A DNA stretch of 64,000 bases from a virus. A model generated the notes under the pieces. The model was not told where the DNA came from and did no database searches. It worked only from the letters and a program-made list of their open reading frames with translations. The position numbers and the translations under genes are program-made. Location: positions 1 to 64,000 of IMG/VR virus record IMGVR_UViG_3300009008_000029; one strand, given 5' to 3'. Positions 28,135 through 39,507 of the stretch are shown piece after piece; position 1 is the first letter of the stretch, and each line of letters begins with the position of its first letter.

Positions 28135-31100
28135 ATGGGCGTTAGATTCCAAGGACACGTACTTAGGGGGGCTCGTATTGCCCCCAGTAATTCTATCACC
28201 ACCGGTGAACCCAACACGGGGGTCGTTCGTTTTCCGATTACCCTTCCGGCGGCGTATACCCTAGATGCCCCCGAGTTTGTGGACCCAGCGGCAGACCAGT
28301 ACAGGGCGTCCATCCTTCAAGGTCCGGGGACAACCCCCACAGAATATCTGGTGTGGGCGCAGAACTCTTCCCAGTTGGCATTGCTGGACGATGGTGACTC
28401 ATGGTGGACTGAGGACGGAGTAGGAACAATTCCGCAAGGGACCATCCCGGTCACCAACAATGATCCCCCTGAAGTTGCCGAGGGTGCCACCGTACCCACC
28501 ACTTACGGGACCGACCGCATCGTGGTTACGGATAACGGAGGTCGCAACATCTCCAACATCATCGTTATCGTCGTTGCCCGAGGTGACGTGGACTATGACG
28601 ACGATGGTTGGAAAGACGATGATGAAGAGAGTGTCCTCCCCAGTGACTGGGCGGGACAACCGAGGGACGGCGACACCCCGTACATCACATTGGAGATCGA
28701 TAGTCTCCAGCAAGTTCCCGACGCTGGGTTGGTCTACCTGACGGAGGCACAGAAGACGGAACTGGGTGGCGGTGTGTCCCTTGAACGAGGTGACCAGATC
28801 ATCTCAGTCAGGTACACGGCGGCCCCTGCTCGATTCTGGTGGACCCGCAATGATCGTTATGAGACTCGGTTTGGTTGGAATGGCAAGAAGCAGCGGTGGC
28901 AGCCCTACAAGGGTACCGGGGCTATCAACGTAGGCACCCTTCAGTTTGGTGTCACCTACAAGATGGACCCGCCAATTAGGAACATGCCGGTGGGTTCCTA
29001 CCTGCCGGGGGACAGCACGACCCCAGATTCCTACAGCACTCTGCGGGTTGGTTCCGATGCGGGGGCTACTGGGGTTCCCGTAGGTAACGTCCGGGTCAAG
29101 AACAACTCCGAGTTGGAAGAGTTTGATTTCTCTACCGAGCCTGTCCTGAACGCAGTGATGGGTCAGAGCAATGGGGAACTCAAGTTCAACCCCTCGTTCG
29201 TCCAACAACATGCTGGGAAAACCATCTGGTTCAACTACAGCGGTTTTCAGGAGAAGGCCGACGGAGTAGTGGGGGCGTTGTATCAGGCGGATTTGAATCC
29301 CTTGTATGTTGCGCCGGTTCCCGGTCCTACTGATTTCCCCTTCATCCGTCTAGGTTCCCGGAGACCTCTCCAGCCGACACTGGTTGCAACTGAGGCGGCT
29401 TTGGAAAATGCCGATGCTCCCGCTTCCGGTTCCGTTTTGGTTGCCTTGTCCACAGGACGACTCCGCCTTGCTCTGGATGATGTCAGGAAGGCGGACCCGG
29501 ACCGTGAGGATGATTTCGATAAGAATTATCTGGGTGAGAACGTCTACTACGACGGGGTGGCCTTGAATGCCGTCCCGCAATCTGTCCGCCCGGCGGTTCA
29601 ACTGTTAGACGGAGACGGGGATGAAGGGGTTGCCAACAGTGACGTTCTTTACGTGCCCGACGCCGAGTACCTGCCCTCAGAGTTTGCCGCAGACGACCAA
29701 TGGCGTGGGTTAGGGGTCTCCGGGATTCTGGATGTGCCGGATGGAACCGGGTCACTTCCGGTGCTGCCCGGTGTTGCTGCAAGTGTGCGGCCCGGCGGTG
29801 ATACTCTTGCTGCGGCATCCACGGGCCGTATCCGTCAGGTCAGTGACGGGATCGGCGACACCATCATTTTCACCCGGAAGGGCGCAATCGAGACTCTTGT
29901 TGAGGAGAGTACCGATGCGGACCTGCCCTCGATGGGTTTTCAGGTCAAATCGAGCAAGGCGTACATTGCCCTTGAACGTGGGGCGCACGGGTCAAGGGTC
30001 TTCATAGGGAAGAAGGATAGGAAGCGGTTCGGTGACAGTCCCATTTACTTCCTTCAGGCGTCCCTGACCCCGGCGGTTCGGACTACGAGTGCCGAGATAT
30101 ACTCCCGGAACCGTACAATCTTCCGATTTGACGGAACTGAGACCCTGTACTTTGCCGTCGATGGTGTGTCACACGTCTGGACTCCTACCACGTTGATAGG
30201 ATCGGACCTGACAGCATCCTTCTTTACCCCCACACAGGTCGCTGCTTCGCTCAATGCGGACAGTGTCCCGGCTGGAACTTTTGCCAGTGAACTGAACGGA
30301 CGTATCCGGTTGTATGGTGAGACCTCCGTTGAGATTGGTTTCGGGACAACCGAAGAAAAGGATTTGACCGGGTGTGCCGCACTGGGGTTCGCACCGGGTT
30401 GGCGTGTTGTTAATGGCGTTTCCAATTGGTTGCCCGACTCAGGTGTGTCACTGGGTTTGACCCGCAGCCCCGTGAATCTTGACCGCAGCCAGTCGGACCC
30501 CGATTTCAAGGCGGATGTCCGGGTAGAGGACATGTTGCTGGTCAAGAGTGTCCAAGAGGCACCCTATGTGTTCCTTGACAACCCGCCCCTTCAAGACGTT
30601 GCTGGGGTCGATTTCAATGTGTTCTTCAACCTGACGACCACGGTGCTTGAAAATCTGACCCTTCGGGTCATCAACACCCCTTTGCGCCACTATGAAGACA
30701 TCATCCATAGATTCGGCAATGACCGTTTTGACTGGGTAGAAGAGGGAGCCACCGTAGCACCTATCGAGCAGCCGACCTCCACGTTGACATTGGGAACCCC
30801 GAATCTGGTGTTGGACTCAATGCGTGCGGCTCCGGGAATTGGCGGTGGTCTTTGGATCACCGGGGACACCGGAGTCATGGGTTTCCAAGACCCGGATACC
30901 GATTACGTCTTGCCCCTTGATGGTTTGCCGGGGAGCGTCACCCTGATTGAGAGATTCGGGAACCGTGTTACCTATGGGGGTCTGGGTACTTGTGAGGCAG
31001 GAGGAATAGTCTTTACGGATACCGCTGCTGATTTCTTGTCCGAACTGGCACCAGTAGAAGAGGGTTATCGACTCAAGATTTCCTCTGGGGAGAATGCTGG

Positions 31101-34100
31101 TTCCTACAAGATTGAGGACGTATCTACCACTTCCTTGATGGTTACACCCCCTTTCCTAGCCTCGACCGACCGACCCGTAGCATGGGAGGTTTTCCGGGGG
31201 TACACCGATGATGTGTATGACCCGGCCCTCGTAGCGGACATCACCTACAAGAGTTTTGATCACCTGCCAGAAGAACCTTTCAAGATTCGTTTGCTGCATC
31301 CTGTAGGGACTGTGGGTGACATGACGAACGCCCAAGTAGAGGGTGCTGTCAGCAGCGGACGTATCGTCACCTTACGGTTCGGTCTGGTGGCCCCCACGTC
31401 GTCCACTGAGGCCACTTTGACGCCTTTGGGCACCGAGGGGTTAGGTCCGATGGCAAACGGCTCCTTGGACCTTCCTGACGTGACCTCGGCGAGATTCACG
31501 GGACAGGCATTTGCGATCCAGATTGGGACCACGGAGTACAGCGGTTCGAATGTGGTAGGGGTCACGGAGTTCAGTGCCGATCCCGCATGTATCGAATACA
31601 TGACTGCGGCGGGCGTTGAGAACGACGTGGCGGTGCCCAAGGGACGGCTCAAGTTCAGCACAACCCTCATCAGTCAATATGGCACGGCTCCCGTCACCTA
31701 CCGGGAAACCTTCATGGCTCCTGCATCACTCACAGCAGGAGAAGCAGAGTTCAACCCCGTGTCAGGTGCCTTGAACATTTCAGCAGCCGATGCTGTGACC
31801 CATGCGGGCAAGAACCTGTACTTTGTAGAGCAACTCATCACCGAGGATGAGAAGGATGTAGCCATCAACCCCCAGTCTGGTGCTTTTGCTCCCAACGTCC
31901 CAGTGCCGAAGGGGGCTGTTGTGGAGGTGGAGTATTGGAAGGCGGACCTTGAGGGTCGGAAAATTGGGTCGCTTGAGACCGAGTTCCTCTCGGTGTTCAT
32001 CCAGCGTGAAGCAGCCACCCGTGAAAAGGAGAACGTCTACCGGTTCAACTCTGCCGGGATGACGATAGATGAGCGGGTAGACCCGACCGTTTGGATCGGG
32101 GCCATGATGCAGAATTTCGGGCAGGTCGATTGTATCGTAGATTACCCCGATGGTGCTACCGGAGAGGGCCGCATCACATTCGTCAGCAAAACGGTTGATG
32201 CAAATGACCCGGTAGCGGTGACCTATGCCGTCTTTGAGGCCCAAGGTGGGGAGCGGACTTTTGAAGCCAGTCAGAAACCCCTTTACCGTCCGCCCTTCTT
32301 CATCAAAGAAGCCCAGTACCAGTTCGGGTTGCGGGGGGATCGGGTTGATGAGTTCTTGCCCGGCCAGATGCTTCGGATCGGGGAGGACTGTTTCTACATC
32401 AAGAGTCTCAAATACTTCCCGGAGACGGATACCGGCGGGGATGTGACTGCCGTTCGGATTTTCCCTCACACGGTGGGGGAGGTAGGCAGCCGGTCTCCGG
32501 GTAACGATGTACTCAGACTGATTTCTACAATCCCGGTGACGACGGTTGTGGACCCCGACGGGGAAACTCCTGTGGCGACTACGGCTCCCGCCGGGTTCAT
32601 GTCAACGATTGACTGTACCGTGTTCCCGTTTGAGCCTGTGAGTAGGGGCCAGAAGACCATCGTTTTCAAGGGCGACCTGACCCAGTTTGCAGTTCCCGGA
32701 CATCTTCTGGAGATTGCCGGGTGCCCACATGCAATCTCGGACACCAAGATGTCCGAGGATGGCTCCTACACCCTCATTACGGTGACGGGTGGTTTTGTGC
32801 GGGGCTACGATGTGCTGGAAGCCCCCACCATCAAGCTCTCCTACCGGCCTGTTTACCCACCAGAGACACGAGATTTCCTCGGTTGTGGGCCGATGTTGGA
32901 GTCCGAGAATGTTGAGTTGGTTCTGTTCGGCGAGACCAACGCAGCGGGACAAGTGAAGCCGGGGCGTACATTGGTTCCCGGTGTTGAGTACTTCGCTGAC
33001 CCCACCTCGGGGACTATCAACCTTCTGAGCCCCTCTCAAGATGCTCTGGGGGCGGGGCAGACGCTCACCCTTTCGTTCACACGGTTGCGGACAGTTGGGC
33101 CTGTCATGAAGGATCAGGCTCTGACGATGCCCTCGTATAATGCCACGTATCTCTACAACACTCTCCCTAGCGTCTCCAACGGATTCCTGAATGGTCAGGT
33201 GACCGCCACATACACCTTCCACAACCCGGACAGCTTTTATTTCCGGGCGGTTTCTTTGCAGCAGTTCTTGGGGGAGGCCACAAGGGAAGCGGTTGCAGAG
33301 ATCACTAGCAAGGTTCCGGCGGGCGGGGCCGTAGGGGGGCAGCCCGCATCCGAGAACTGGGAGATGGGCCGGTTTGGGATACTGGGGGAACGGAAGCACT
33401 TGTTGGACAAGGACCGTGCGGCACGGGCGTTCCTATCCTTCTACAACGACAGCATCGTCATGTTTGAGCAGGTGAAGGAGGCCATTTCCGGCGGGATTGT
33501 TGGTGACCGAGATGGGAAGTTCCGATTCTGGGTAGGGCATGACAGGGAGTATCCCACGCCGGGATACGAGGATGAGATCAGTGGACTCCTGACCCCCCGT
33601 AACGTGTGGGCAGATGTGTTCCAATCGCACCGGTACAAGACGCTCTATGTTGACTCCAGTGACTACCTCACGACCCCTATGTCGGCGGGCCTCACCAACG
33701 CCGAAGTGTCCGGGACAAGTCCCGATAGTGATTACCTGAACAGTCTGCTGGCGGAGCAGGGGTCAATGGTCCAGAACGACATTGACGACATTGTGATGTT
33801 CCGTATGGGCAAGACGACGTATACCTTCATCCCGACGTTCCCGTTCTTCCGGTTCCGGGCAAAGGGTGTGTTTGCGGAGATGGGTTCGGAACACCGTTTC
33901 TCACGGCTGTACCCCACATTGAGCAAGGCACTTTTCCGGCTCCTTCCCGGTGTGGGTGCCGAGATTGATGCCGGAGATGGGTTTGATCCCGGAGTCTACA
34001 CCGCTGGACGAGAAATTGGCGGCAAGGACGCCAAGACTCGCAAGAATCAGATTGGCCAGTTGTCCAATCCGGTACTGGGCGAGATCGATGGGGTCAAGAG

Positions 34101-37100
34101 TGCTGCACTTCAGGTTCGGCGGGCCAGAGGCAGGATCTGGGGCTACTTCCCGAATGGCATCCCAGCAGGAGCTTTTTTGGACGGTGCCTCCGCAGCCATC
34201 TCCGGGCCTTGTGTTATTGCGTTCCCCACATTGTTGGGTGAGGTGCCAATCAACCCCAACACAGGGTTCCCGGATGAGACCAAGTTGATGTCACACTCCG
34301 GGCAACTGGGTTGGGTTCCTGATTCCACCGCTGGCGACCCCGAATTGGCAATCCCCGGTTTTGAGGCTGGGGATCAGGTGGCATGGGGTAAACCAGATGG
34401 TACGTCCTACAAGGTGGTGACAGGTTCCCCTATCACCCTTTTCGGCACGTCTCTGCTCGCTAGTGCCTTTGTCTATGGCGAGGTACTCTACGGTTGTGTC
34501 ATTCGGTTCCGGGATTTTCTTGGCAACCACGTTGAGAATCCAGACCTGTTGATGGTCGCAACCGAAACGGCGGGCGGGATTCCGGCTCATGAGTTTCCAA
34601 TCGAACGGGGGGACACCCTGTATGCGGTCCCGGCTACCGGGTTCCGTCCCAGTAGCATGGAGGATGAGCCGGAACTTACGGACTCACCTACGTTTGAGAC
34701 CTATTCCCAGATGGCTGCGGGGTTGGACACCTATCGAGAGAACTTTGACCTCGATGTGAAGAAGGACGGTCGGATTGTAGACAAGACGCTCTGGTCATGG
34801 GATGACCCGAACTTCTTTGGCCTCAAGGAACTGTTTGGTCAGCACCCGCCCCAGCCCATGAGTGCGTTGGAAGGGCCGGTGGAGTTTACCTACGGGCTTC
34901 AGAACCCGTTGTTGATTCCCGCTTTAGAAGGCAAGTATCAGGACGATTCTGGTGACTACACCATCCCGTACTTGAAGACGGGCGTCACGGAGATGGATCG
35001 TTTTGACCAGATCTCCACCGGGCTGTCGGAGATTATGAGTTCCGAGTCAGCCGGGGGCGAGTCCGTATACCCGGATGAGTTCCTAGGGGCTGACGGGTCC
35101 GTTGTTGGTTCCGGCGTGAACCCTGCCGCATTGCTGACCGATGTGGATGTGTTGCCGGGGGCTTCATTGGGTGTAGGTGACGCACGCCCCTTCGATTTCA
35201 TGTTCATACAAGCCCCCGCAACGGGTCAGGATGCATCTTTCTCTACAGGTGCGGGGTTGACTAAGGGACCGCACGGAATCTGGTCTGTGGCGTCTGTGGC
35301 AACGTCAGCGGGTGGGTCTTCCATCGTTGAGCCTCCCCGGTTCATTACGCACAGCAGGGCACCACAGGCGGGATCGACCGATACTGGGGATGCTATCCGG
35401 TACACGTTGGACAACGCCATCGTCCACTTGTTCGGTGCCGAGTACCCGCCGACCCCGCAGGGGGAGGACGTTTCTGGTGTTCAAATCTACGAGCGGGCGG
35501 CGGGTACAACCGTTCTCGATCTCACCTCTACGACCATTGCCTTGAATGATGGTGAGACCATCGGCACTGGGAACTTCAACGATATCGATACGGATGGTGC
35601 CAGCATTACCATTCGGCTCATTGCATACCCGGATAACCTGATTGAGTTCGGACCTGACGGGGCAAACCCTCTGCCCTCCGCCACGGGTGGTGTCGAGGCA
35701 CTCAGAATCCGTATCACAGGTGGGACGCTGGAGGTTTGGACCTATCAGGACGACCCGGAAGGTGCCCCCTCCTACAGCGGGGCGTTAGGTGCCGCTGTCC
35801 AATGGGGTGTGAAAGAAGCGGCGGACCCGGCTCCGGGTTCTGTACTGGGATACCGCAAGGTCATCATCCCTCTGACTGGGTTCATTCCTTGGGTTCCCGG
35901 TGTACTGCCTCCGGGCTGGGATGACAGCAAGTGGTTCTTACCCTACGAAATGAACGGGGCGGACTACGAAATGCTGTACCCGTTTGAGGTTGCGATTGAC
36001 ATTGATGCCCACGACGGGAAGTTGTCGAATCGGGCTTGGGTAGATGAGGACCGCCTGACGTTCCATGAAATCTGTGACCTCCGACATGCACAGGCGAGGG
36101 ATACAACACACCCCCTGACTGATCTGTCCCTTGAGACTCAGTTGGTTGTGTACGGAACACAACTGGGTTTGACGGGTGGGACCGAAGTTTGGAGTGAGGC
36201 CAACAAATTTGCGAACGGTCTGGATGGTGCCAATCCCGTTCCATTCACCATTGTCGCCCGTGACTCTGTGGTCGGTACATGGGAGGTACGAGACGGGGAT
36301 ACCACCGAACGTGGTTCCTTGAAGGTGATGGGCTTTGAAGGGTGGGACAACACACCGTTGACAGCCGAGGATGTGACCTTCTCGGTTATCCCCGGCAGCG
36401 ATTATGCTACGGGGGAAGCCACCCCGATCCTCCTCGGTACTGGGTTGATGGGTAGCCGTTTCAACATTGAGATGGGTGTACCCGACCGGGACAGCATCGA
36501 GAGCCGGGTCAAAGAGGTCGGTGTCGTTGTTGGAGACGTTGCGGATGTGCAGCCCGGAGATGTTGCTGTGGTTACCGGGTCGGCGAACTCGGACCACCCC
36601 GGATCACTTCATGTCGGAACGTATCTAGTTCGCCATGCCATCGCAGCAAATGAGGAACCCCTCGTCGGAGAGTTCCGTCAGGTTAACCCCTTGTCCCCGA
36701 TTGACAGTACGACGGACTGGTGCCGAGTCTCTTTCCCGGAGGTCGTGTCCTACGATTCTGGGGAAAGTAAACTGACAATCAGCCATCTGGCTCCGACGGG
36801 GTCTTTATCAAGCGGGTTTGCCCCGCCGGGGGCCGATACTCGTATCTATGTACTGGTTGACTACCCCAAACTGGCTTCAGGGACGGAGTTGACCTTCCGG
36901 CGTGCCGTCATCAGTGCCTTGTACACGGCGGTGGAGACAGGGCCGGACGGCGAAGGCATCTTCACTGTTACCGATTGGAAAGACGCCAAGGGTGAGTCCC
37001 CTGCCGAGGGTGACCCGAACTACACTGATTTCGAATCCCTTCTGGAGGCTGGTCAGCAGGTGTCCGGGATGGTCTACCTTCCGGTTGTGATGGGTGGTTC

Positions 37101-39507
37101 CAACTATGGGTTGCCAGAGAACAATACGGTGGGCTGGGACAGTGTGGAAGCGGGTAAGGAAGCTGCTTACGGTTGGCGGCGGCTCACTTTGAACCCCCCG
37201 TTGGAGTTGCGGAACTTCTCTGCCGATGCAGACAAGGCCCAGCCGATTCGGTTCAATGTTGCTGGGGCACTCGGTGACGCTGACGGTGGGATCGATAAGG
37301 TCGGGGCTGCGGGGGATATTGTTCCGGTAGTCACGACTCCCGGAACAAGCAAGGAGTTCTATAGCGACCCCATCACTTCCGTCTACCACTGGGTTACGGA
37401 CCTGTTGATGGTCTCGCTGTTGACGGATGCCCAATGGGACAAGTTGAATATCCCGACCGGGTCTGCCGGGGCGGGTGCCGGACTGGTCAACTGTGTTCTT
37501 CCGGGGTCAGAGTTCAGATGCACCTCTTACAACGATGCCGCCGAGCCAGTGTTGGAACCCGGATTTTTGGCTCAGGCTGGTGTGTTCTTTGAGCCTTCCG
37601 TACCCCGAGCCGTTGCTGACAGGGCACAGGATTTCGTTCATGTGGTAGACAGGGACCATTCTGTGCCGGACCCGGTAGCGGAAGACGATTGGGACCGGGT
37701 TATTGGTTCCCGTGAGGCCAACGCATACAATCCTGCCGCCGTGGTGTCTGCACCCGAGATGGTACAGTTTGAGATCCGGCGTATCCGGCGTTTCCATGAC
37801 GTTGCGGAGGTTGAACAGAATCTGAAGCCTCTCCGGTATGCCTATGAAATCCGGCGGGGGATGATCACCTCGTACACACAGGACGACAAGCAGACAGGAT
37901 TCGTGACGGCTGAGTCGTTCACAATGAACTGGGAGACGGTTAAACCTGCGGGTGCTCCCAAGGCCAATGATGCTTGGAATGACGGTCTGACACATACGGG
38001 AACGAACCTTGGTCCTTTTACGGACCCTGACGTGAATATCCACCCCGGAGATATGTTCCGGCTGTTGGATGAAGACGGGGTAGCTGTGGAGGAGGCGAGG
38101 GTTGTTTCTGTACTGGGCAACAATCAGTTGAAACTGGCTGCTCCGGGTTTGACCCAGTACGATGCGGACACGACCTACAGGTTTGAAATATGGTTGCGTC
38201 AGGCACCGGTTCCGCATGAGCAATCCAACGAGAAGCTGTTGGATCTCATTTCGGACTCCGAAGTCACTCGGACGGATGCCGCATGGGGTGAGGCTTCTGA
38301 GACCGGTGGGTATGCCTTGCAGGTCTCAGGTGAACTGACCTACGAGGATTGCGTCAACAAACTCTACGATGACCAGAAAGCTCCGGGCACTGGGGGTCAG
38401 ACCTTCGCTGCATTGGGTGTCCGGGCGGGTGACATTGTTGTGATCGACCCCGTAGGGACTATCCCGCAGAAGGGCGGCCTTCCGGTCGTTCAGGAGACGG
38501 GGGTAAGACCTCTAGGCGATGAGGGTGTTGCGGGTCGGGTAGACTGGGACGGTAACCCCGTGTTTACGGCGGGGGCACCGAACCCCTTGGATGACAACCG
38601 GGGCTACTACAGGGTTGTGTCCGTAGTTGACACTGAGGTACCGCCCTATCTGGTTGTGGACCCAGTATCCGAGTTCTCCGGGACAGCAGCCGCACCCGTG
38701 ACGTTCGACTCTACGGACTCCTCCCGTGAGTATGCGGTGTACCCCACGGTGAACGGTTCTACGTTGTCAGAGAACAACAAAGAGGGTCAGATGGACCTCC
38801 GCCCCACGAGGGCTAGAAACGCCGTTACGGGGTCATTCAAGACGTATGACGAGGGGTTGAGCAACCATTCTATCCGTCCCTTCTCATATCGGGTGTTACG
38901 TCCCTCCGCCCTGTTTGTGGATGAGTCCATTGACCTTGTGCTTTCGACCCGTGAGAGGATGCAGAGTCTCATAGAGTTGACCCGACGGATTAGCCGGGGC
39001 AAGGGTGGGTCGTACTTCATCTTCCAGAGGGACGTGCATATCGGCGAGTTGGGAGACCCCACCGATGCCGAGTTGGGTCTGGGGGTGATGTCCAACGACT
39101 TCCTGACAATGGTCAAGGGTCGTGTGGACGTGATGCCTTACGCCAACAATTCTGGGTGCCTGTCCGTTCTGGACCGTAGATTCTGGACCCTCGATTTGCG
39201 GTTGGATTCCCTGACCTACGATGCGACGACACACGGCATGAAGAAATCTTCACCGGGCGATCCTACCTACACCGCCTATACGGACGATGTGGGTGGGCTG
39301 GTTCGACCGGTACTCCCGGACCTCATTGACGGGGTTCTGGATTACGATGAGCGGTTCCGGGCGGTTCGGTATGTCTGGTTGTCATACCGGGTTCATACCG
39401 TTCTGGGGACGTTGGCAGCGATTCGGCGATTCGATGCGGAGTTACCTGACCGCCTTGCCGAACAGGAGCAGTTGCTGTTGCAGTTGAAATCGACGGAGGA
39501 CGTTTGA
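28135..39507 (+). CDS. giant (3790 aa) virion structural protein, baseplate/fibre-associated
   Basis: 11.4-kb uninterrupted ORF, acidic and beta-rich, with modules shared with the sheath and wedge proteins. Embedded in the baseplate operon. Confidence 0.6.
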   Translation: MGVRFQGHVLRGARIAPSNSITTGEPNTGVVRFPITLPAAYTLDAPEFVDPAADQYRASILQGPGTTPTEYLVWAQNSSQLALLDDGDSWWTEDGVGTIPQGTIPVTNNDPPEVAEGATVPTTYGTDRIVVTDNGGRNISNIIVIVVARGDVDYDDDGWKDDDEESVLPSDWAGQPRDGDTPYITLEIDSLQQVPDAGLVYLTEAQKTELGGGVSLERGDQIISVRYTAAPARFWWTRNDRYETRFGWNGKKQRWQPYKGTGAINVGTLQFGVTYKMDPPIRNMPVGSYLPGDSTTPDSYSTLRVGSDAGATGVPVGNVRVKNNSELEEFDFSTEPVLNAVMGQSNGELKFNPSFVQQHAGKTIWFNYSGFQEKADGVVGALYQADLNPLYVAPVPGPTDFPFIRLGSRRPLQPTLVATEAALENADAPASGSVLVALSTGRLRLALDDVRKADPDREDDFDKNYLGENVYYDGVALNAVPQSVRPAVQLLDGDGDEGVANSDVLYVPDAEYLPSEFAADDQWRGLGVSGILDVPDGTGSLPVLPGVAASVRPGGDTLAAASTGRIRQVSDGIGDTIIFTRKGAIETLVEESTDADLPSMGFQVKSSKAYIALERGAHGSRVFIGKKDRKRFGDSPIYFLQASLTPAVRTTSAEIYSRNRTIFRFDGTETLYFAVDGVSHVWTPTTLIGSDLTASFFTPTQVAASLNADSVPAGTFASELNGRIRLYGETSVEIGFGTTEEKDLTGCAALGFAPGWRVVNGVSNWLPDSGVSLGLTRSPVNLDRSQSDPDFKADVRVEDMLLVKSVQEAPYVFLDNPPLQDVAGVDFNVFFNLTTTVLENLTLRVINTPLRHYEDIIHRFGNDRFDWVEEGATVAPIEQPTSTLTLGTPNLVLDSMRAAPGIGGGLWITGDTGVMGFQDPDTDYVLPLDGLPGSVTLIERFGNRVTYGGLGTCEAGGIVFTDTAADFLSELAPVEEGYRLKISSGENAGSYKIEDVSTTSLMVTPPFLASTDRPVAWEVFRGYTDDVYDPALVADITYKSFDHLPEEPFKIRLLHPVGTVGDMTNAQVEGAVSSGRIVTLRFGLVAPTSSTEATLTPLGTEGLGPMANGSLDLPDVTSARFTGQAFAIQIGTTEYSGSNVVGVTEFSADPACIEYMTAAGVENDVAVPKGRLKFSTTLISQYGTAPVTYRETFMAPASLTAGEAEFNPVSGALNISAADAVTHAGKNLYFVEQLITEDEKDVAINPQSGAFAPNVPVPKGAVVEVEYWKADLEGRKIGSLETEFLSVFIQREAATREKENVYRFNSAGMTIDERVDPTVWIGAMMQNFGQVDCIVDYPDGATGEGRITFVSKTVDANDPVAVTYAVFEAQGGERTFEASQKPLYRPPFFIKEAQYQFGLRGDRVDEFLPGQMLRIGEDCFYIKSLKYFPETDTGGDVTAVRIFPHTVGEVGSRSPGNDVLRLISTIPVTTVVDPDGETPVATTAPAGFMSTIDCTVFPFEPVSRGQKTIVFKGDLTQFAVPGHLLEIAGCPHAISDTKMSEDGSYTLITVTGGFVRGYDVLEAPTIKLSYRPVYPPETRDFLGCGPMLESENVELVLFGETNAAGQVKPGRTLVPGVEYFADPTSGTINLLSPSQDALGAGQTLTLSFTRLRTVGPVMKDQALTMPSYNATYLYNTLPSVSNGFLNGQVTATYTFHNPDSFYFRAVSLQQFLGEATREAVAEITSKVPAGGAVGGQPASENWEMGRFGILGERKHLLDKDRAARAFLSFYNDSIVMFEQVKEAISGGIVGDRDGKFRFWVGHDREYPTPGYEDEISGLLTPRNVWADVFQSHRYKTLYVDSSDYLTTPMSAGLTNAEVSGTSPDSDYLNSLLAEQGSMVQNDIDDIVMFRMGKTTYTFIPTFPFFRFRAKGVFAEMGSEHRFSRLYPTLSKALFRLLPGVGAEIDAGDGFDPGVYTAGREIGGKDAKTRKNQIGQLSNPVLGEIDGVKSAALQVRRARGRIWGYFPNGIPAGAFLDGASAAISGPCVIAFPTLLGEVPINPNTGFPDETKLMSHSGQLGWVPDSTAGDPELAIPGFEAGDQVAWGKPDGTSYKVVTGSPITLFGTSLLASAFVYGEVLYGCVIRFRDFLGNHVENPDLLMVATETAGGIPAHEFPIERGDTLYAVPATGFRPSSMEDEPELTDSPTFETYSQMAAGLDTYRENFDLDVKKDGRIVDKTLWSWDDPNFFGLKELFGQHPPQPMSALEGPVEFTYGLQNPLLIPALEGKYQDDSGDYTIPYLKTGVTEMDRFDQISTGLSEIMSSESAGGESVYPDEFLGADGSVVGSGVNPAALLTDVDVLPGASLGVGDARPFDFMFIQAPATGQDASFSTGAGLTKGPHGIWSVASVATSAGGSSIVEPPRFITHSRAPQAGSTDTGDAIRYTLDNAIVHLFGAEYPPTPQGEDVSGVQIYERAAGTTVLDLTSTTIALNDGETIGTGNFNDIDTDGASITIRLIAYPDNLIEFGPDGANPLPSATGGVEALRIRITGGTLEVWTYQDDPEGAPSYSGALGAAVQWGVKEAADPAPGSVLGYRKVIIPLTGFIPWVPGVLPPGWDDSKWFLPYEMNGADYEMLYPFEVAIDIDAHDGKLSNRAWVDEDRLTFHEICDLRHAQARDTTHPLTDLSLETQLVVYGTQLGLTGGTEVWSEANKFANGLDGANPVPFTIVARDSVVGTWEVRDGDTTERGSLKVMGFEGWDNTPLTAEDVTFSVIPGSDYATGEATPILLGTGLMGSRFNIEMGVPDRDSIESRVKEVGVVVGDVADVQPGDVAVVTGSANSDHPGSLHVGTYLVRHAIAANEEPLVGEFRQVNPLSPIDSTTDWCRVSFPEVVSYDSGESKLTISHLAPTGSLSSGFAPPGADTRIYVLVDYPKLASGTELTFRRAVISALYTAVETGPDGEGIFTVTDWKDAKGESPAEGDPNYTDFESLLEAGQQVSGMVYLPVVMGGSNYGLPENNTVGWDSVEAGKEAAYGWRRLTLNPPLELRNFSADADKAQPIRFNVAGALGDADGGIDKVGAAGDIVPVVTTPGTSKEFYSDPITSVYHWVTDLLMVSLLTDAQWDKLNIPTGSAGAGAGLVNCVLPGSEFRCTSYNDAAEPVLEPGFLAQAGVFFEPSVPRAVADRAQDFVHVVDRDHSVPDPVAEDDWDRVIGSREANAYNPAAVVSAPEMVQFEIRRIRRFHDVAEVEQNLKPLRYAYEIRRGMITSYTQDDKQTGFVTAESFTMNWETVKPAGAPKANDAWNDGLTHTGTNLGPFTDPDVNIHPGDMFRLLDEDGVAVEEARVVSVLGNNQLKLAAPGLTQYDADTTYRFEIWLRQAPVPHEQSNEKLLDLISDSEVTRTDAAWGEASETGGYALQVSGELTYEDCVNKLYDDQKAPGTGGQTFAALGVRAGDIVVIDPVGTIPQKGGLPVVQETGVRPLGDEGVAGRVDWDGNPVFTAGAPNPLDDNRGYYRVVSVVDTEVPPYLVVDPVSEFSGTAAAPVTFDSTDSSREYAVYPTVNGSTLSENNKEGQMDLRPTRARNAVTGSFKTYDEGLSNHSIRPFSYRVLRPSALFVDESIDLVLSTRERMQSLIELTRRISRGKGGSYFIFQRDVHIGELGDPTDAELGLGVMSNDFLTMVKGRVDVMPYANNSGCLSVLDRRFWTLDLRLDSLTYDATTHGMKKSSPGDPTYTAYTDDVGGLVRPVLPDLIDGVLDYDERFRAVRYVWLSYRVHTVLGTLAAIRRFDAELPDRLAEQEQLLLQLKSTEDV

